64,000 nucleotides of DNA from the NCBI GenBank assembly GCA_044228525.1, contig JBGAUQ010000002.1:168367-232366 (forward strand), written 5' to 3'. Below, one piece after another: positions 63,211 to 64,000 of the stretch (position 1 is its first letter; every line of letters begins with the position of its first letter). The DNA is from Candidatus Saccharimonadales bacterium (lineage in GTDB: Bacteria > Patescibacteriota > Saccharimonadia > Saccharimonadales > UBA4665). The position numbers and the translations under genes are program-made. Under the pieces are notes generated by a model. The model saw nothing but the letters and a program-made list of their open reading frames with translations, had not been told where the DNA came from and searched no databases.

Positions 63211-64000
63211 TTAGGACCTTTCAGATAAACGGTTGTTGATATATTTTTGCATACTTTCGGTAAATCTGTTTACTGAAAACGCTTGCGCATGTTCGGCAAT
63301 GGCATTGTGGTCAAAACTCTTGGTGGCAGCAACCTCCAGTGTTTTGGCGAGCGTTTCGACATCCTGCTTGTCAAAAAACAAACCCGTCTTGCCTTCTATG
63401 ATGTAATCAAGTGTGCCTCCCTGATTAAACCCAATAACTGGTGTACCGGCGGACATTGCTTCGACCGCGACGATGCCGAAATCATCCATGCTTGGCATGA
63501 TAAATCCAAGTGCTGTCTGGAAATGTTCGGCCATGTCAGCGTCGCTTACGCTGGTTAAAAAGGTAGTGCCGCGGCCGGCAAGTTTCTTTTCAATTTTTTC
63601 TAAGCGTTTGTGATCCGGTCCATCGCCAATAACAACTAAAGGGATGCCTAGCTGGTCGCAGGCCTCAATTGCCAGGTCAAACCGCTTGTAGGGCACCTGA
63701 CGGCCGGCTACGACGAAGCCATGACGCTGGGCTGGCTTGCCTCTGACTTTAAAGCGCTCGGTATCAACGGGCGGGTGGATTACTTTAGCATCACGATTGT
63801 AATACTTTTTGATCATCGTCTGGGTGTATGAAGAGTTCGTTACGAAATAGTCTGGTTGTTTTGCGGCTCTTTTGTCCCAGCGGCGTAGCGGCTCAACCAT
63901 TAGTTTTAGGCCAAGCCTTGCGAGCCAGTTCAGACCACGCGGGAAGCCAGGGTTAGCCAGATACTCGTCGTGGCGGATCCAATAGTAATGGGTCGGGGCA
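63211..64000 (-). CDS. glycosyltransferase family 4 (N-terminus beyond window edge)
   Basis: The frame stays open upstream of the listed Met to nt 64000 (..PTHYYWIRHDEYLANPGFPRGLNWLARLGLKL-MVEP..). C-terminal 'IMPSMDDFGIVAVEAMSAGTPVIGFNQGGTLD'. Confidence 0.75.
   Translation of the reverse strand, partial: APTHYYWIRHDEYLANPGFPRGLNWLARLGLKLMVEPLRRWDKRAAKQPDYFVTNSSYTQTMIKKYYNRDAKVIHPPVDTERFKVRGKPAQRHGFVVAGRQVPYKRFDLAIEACDQLGIPLVVIGDGPDHKRLEKIEKKLAGRGTTFLTSVSDADMAEHFQTALGFIMPSMDDFGIVAVEAMSAGTPVIGFNQGGTLDYIIEGKTGLFFDKQDVETLAKTLEVAATKSFDHNAIAEHAQAFSVNRFTESMQKYINNRLSERS

Noticed and set aside
1-64000. Search for tRNA, rRNA, tmRNA, SRP RNA, CRISPR arrays and IS or integrase genes
   Set aside because: I found no T-loop/acceptor-type cloverleaf candidates in any spacer longer than 60 nt. 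There were no regularly spaced direct repeats and no transposase or integrase-like ORFs. The only tandem DNA repeat is the in-frame propeller repeat at 51953-52789.

Overview
This 64-kb chromosomal window spans a replication origin: rpmH-rnpA-yidC-jag, then a DnaA-box region, then dnaA-dnaN-recF. The genome is compact and uses the standard genetic code (TGA acts as a stop in conserved genes). Gene content suggests a Patescibacteria/CPR organism, probably Saccharimonadia-like, but this is inference only: a PrgI/VirB4/VirB6-type T4SS with many two-TM pilins, ComFC, many 4-nt gene overlaps, and large secreted cell-wall hydrolases. I found no rRNA, tRNA or CRISPR array.

The window falls into five blocks.
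1. 1-7.5 kb: a Crp-family regulator, a DUF4352-like protein, and a degenerate prophage-like module. The module carries an XRE/ImmA switch, a small basic ORF, an HNH nuclease, a ParB-methyltransferase, a second methyltransferase and TerS/TerL, but no structural genes.
2. 7.7-11.1 kb: nhaA, a hypothetical gene, comFC and hsp20.
3. 11.15-30.9 kb: a 15-gene T4SS-like locus. It holds six tandem VirB2-type pilin paralogs, a VirB6-like protein, an orphan 575-aa cytosolic protein, PrgI/VirB3-like, a VirB4-N-domain-like protein, VirB4, two giant membrane-anchored wall-hydrolase proteins and two bitopic unknowns. No relaxase, coupling protein or integrase is visible. This is the most interesting system in the window.
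4. 30.9-37.1 kb: the origin block. It includes rpmH, which is absent from the supplied ORF track.
5. 37.1-64 kb: a cell-envelope glycan super-locus.
   - GDP-D-rhamnose genes (gmd, rmd, manC and a eukaryote-type PMM).
   - Wzm/Wzt export, with a Wzt C-terminal glycan-binding-type domain.
   - Five or six GT4 glycosyltransferases and four methyltransferases.
   - A secreted six-bladed lectin-like beta-propeller.
   - An Arn-like module of ugd, uxs, GT2, GtrA and GT-C.
   - glmS.

All functional calls rest on motifs read from the translations plus gene context. No database search was run.
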